Below are positions 39,249 to 40,313 of a stretch of 40,313 bases of DNA, one piece after another. A program made the translations under genes and the position numbers. The notes below the pieces were generated by a model, which was given only the letters and a program-made list of their open reading frames with translations, was not told the DNA's origin and ran no database searches. Source of the DNA: a virus (Duplodnaviria > Caudoviricetes); IMG/VR virus record IMGVR_UViG_3300011338_000308, positions 1-40,313 of that record; one strand, 5' to 3'. The first letter of the stretch is position 1; every line of letters begins with the position of its first letter.

Positions 39249-39410
39249 CTATTGATTAGCTAACTCTCTCACCTGTTCGCGCCATAGCTTGACCGCTTGC
39301 TTTTTAGTGTAGCCGTAATACACGCGGGTCAAAAAGTAATGGTCACTTTCTCCCTCTAACACGCCACAAATACGCCACGCGCCGGAGTGTCCGATCTTTT
39401 CAATGGTCAT
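39249..39410 (-). CDS. 53-aa hypothetical early protein (not in ORF track)
   Basis: MTIEKIGHSGAW...YYGYTKKQA. Confidence 0.6.
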   Translation of the reverse strand: MTIEKIGHSGAWRICGVLEGESDHYFLTRVYYGYTKKQAVKLWREQVRELANQ

Positions 39411-39554
39411 TTACGCCACCGCCTCTACATAGTAACCGAATTGTGCATAGTGTTTAATCAATCGCTTAGCAGCTGCGGGAGTTAGTTCGCACTCTCCCAC
39501 TACCTCGCGTGTTTCAATGTTAATCAAGCGCGTAAATGCTTTTTTATTACTCAT
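39411..39554 (-). CDS. 47-aa hypothetical early protein (not in ORF track)
   Basis: AAGGG RBS; abuts the next gene. Confidence 0.55.
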   Translation of the reverse strand: MSNKKAFTRLINIETREVVGECELTPAAAKRLIKHYAQFGYYVEAVA

Positions 39555-39672
39555 AATCTAACCCTTCGCACTCTAAACAAGCACCCTCGCGCTCTACGAT
39601 CACACCCTCAACCTCTAAACTATCCGCGCAAGGTAAGCAAAACTCTTGCCCGATACTATCTACTTTCAACAT
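39547..39672 (-). CDS. 41-aa protein with two CxxC motifs (not in ORF track)
   Basis: CLPC...CLEC; AAGGG RBS. Confidence 0.55.
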   Translation of the reverse strand: MLKVDSIGQEFCLPCADSLEVEGVIVEREGACLECEGLDYE

Positions 39673-39747
39673 AGCTTTAACCCTTGTTTCTCCGGTCTAG
39701 TTACCGGCTACCACCCACGGGCTTACCCGTGGGCGATAGTCACCTAC

Positions 39748-39912
39748 CTAGATCTCTACGCACTCCGACATTGAGCCGATACACCACCCAACGAAATCGG
39801 CTTTAGGCGAGCCGATACCTACCCACCACCACGAGCCGGATACCCACACAATAAGAGCAAGCCCCGCAGCTATCGCCACGGCTCGCAGCCTTTTACCTCT
39901 TTTAGTAATCAT
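39748..39912 (-). CDS. Small membrane protein
   Basis: Basic N-terminus plus TM; TAATG coupling. Confidence 0.6.
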   Translation of the reverse strand: MITKRGKRLRAVAIAAGLALIVWVSGSWWWVGIGSPKADFVGWCIGSMSECVEI

Positions 39913-40313
39913 TAACGCCCCGCCCGATCTAGTTGGCAGCCGTGACAATCGCAGATTTGAGCAGCTATTGAGCAATTCCAACGCGCAGACTTTCGCGCCT
40001 TGCTTAGACTTTCATAGCTTGTAATGGGTGAGCCGTCGCTATCCTTAGCCCACTCACGAGCAAGCTCGCCATAAGGGCATAAGGTTACGATCTCATAATA
40101 GCGGGGATCGTCGTCGCGCTTGTTGCTCACGATCACCATAAGAGAGGCAACGCCGGAAGGGCTTATGCCTACCGGCTTAAAGTCTGCGATCCGTGACTTA
40201 AAAAAGCGCATAGTCTCGGGGGTAAAAAAGTATCCTTGCGCCTTGCTTGCTATCTGGCTTTCGTGCCATACCTCGCCGGGGCGGGTTGGGTAATTCCGGC
40301 AGCCGTTGCAGCT
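39912..40313 (-). CDS. 3' part of the junction-spanning 148-aa protein (start at 268)
   Basis: Frame is open to the window end. Confidence 0.7.
   Translation of the reverse strand, partial: SCNGCRNYPTRPGEVWHESQIASKAQGYFFTPETMRFFKSRIADFKPVGISPSGVASLMVIVSNKRDDDPRYYEIVTLCPYGELAREWAKDSDGSPITSYESLSKARKSARWNCSIAAQICDCHGCQLDRAGR
40091..40313. repeat. Terminal direct repeat, right copy
   Basis: Matches 1-223 with one substitution. Confidence 0.97.

Overview
The window is an apparently complete ~40.1 kb tailed-phage genome. Bases 1-223 repeat at 40091-40313 with one mismatch, and an ORF runs through the junction, so the unique circular length is 40,090 bp. The + strand from 1303 to 28666 is a virion and lysis arm: terminase, portal, large internal-virion-like proteins, scaffold, major capsid, collagen fibre with a glycosyltransferase, tail proteins and lysis genes. 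From 29494 to 37072 is a replication and regulation arm: Ntn protease, Cas4-like nuclease, WhiB, DnaB-like ATPase, resolvase-like nuclease, split primase, sigma-like protein and methyltransferases. Small early-type genes lie on the - strand from 37186 through the junction to 437. WhiB and the gene set point to an actinobacterial host (inference). The lack of a clear tape measure or tail tube suggests a podovirus-like particle. I found no DNA polymerase, integrase, tRNA or CRISPR array. The most unusual signals are: three perfect DnaA boxes plus a perfect CRP box in the main non-coding region; mirror-image leaderless GACAC-N13-(-10) promoters; an H-type pseudoknot leader before scaffold/capsid; an unannotated metallothionein-like peptide among many tiny basic proteins; a Thr-collagen plus GT2-TPR pair; and an HNH insertion that appears to have replaced its host gene's 3' end. 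All product calls come from motifs read by eye; no database search was run.
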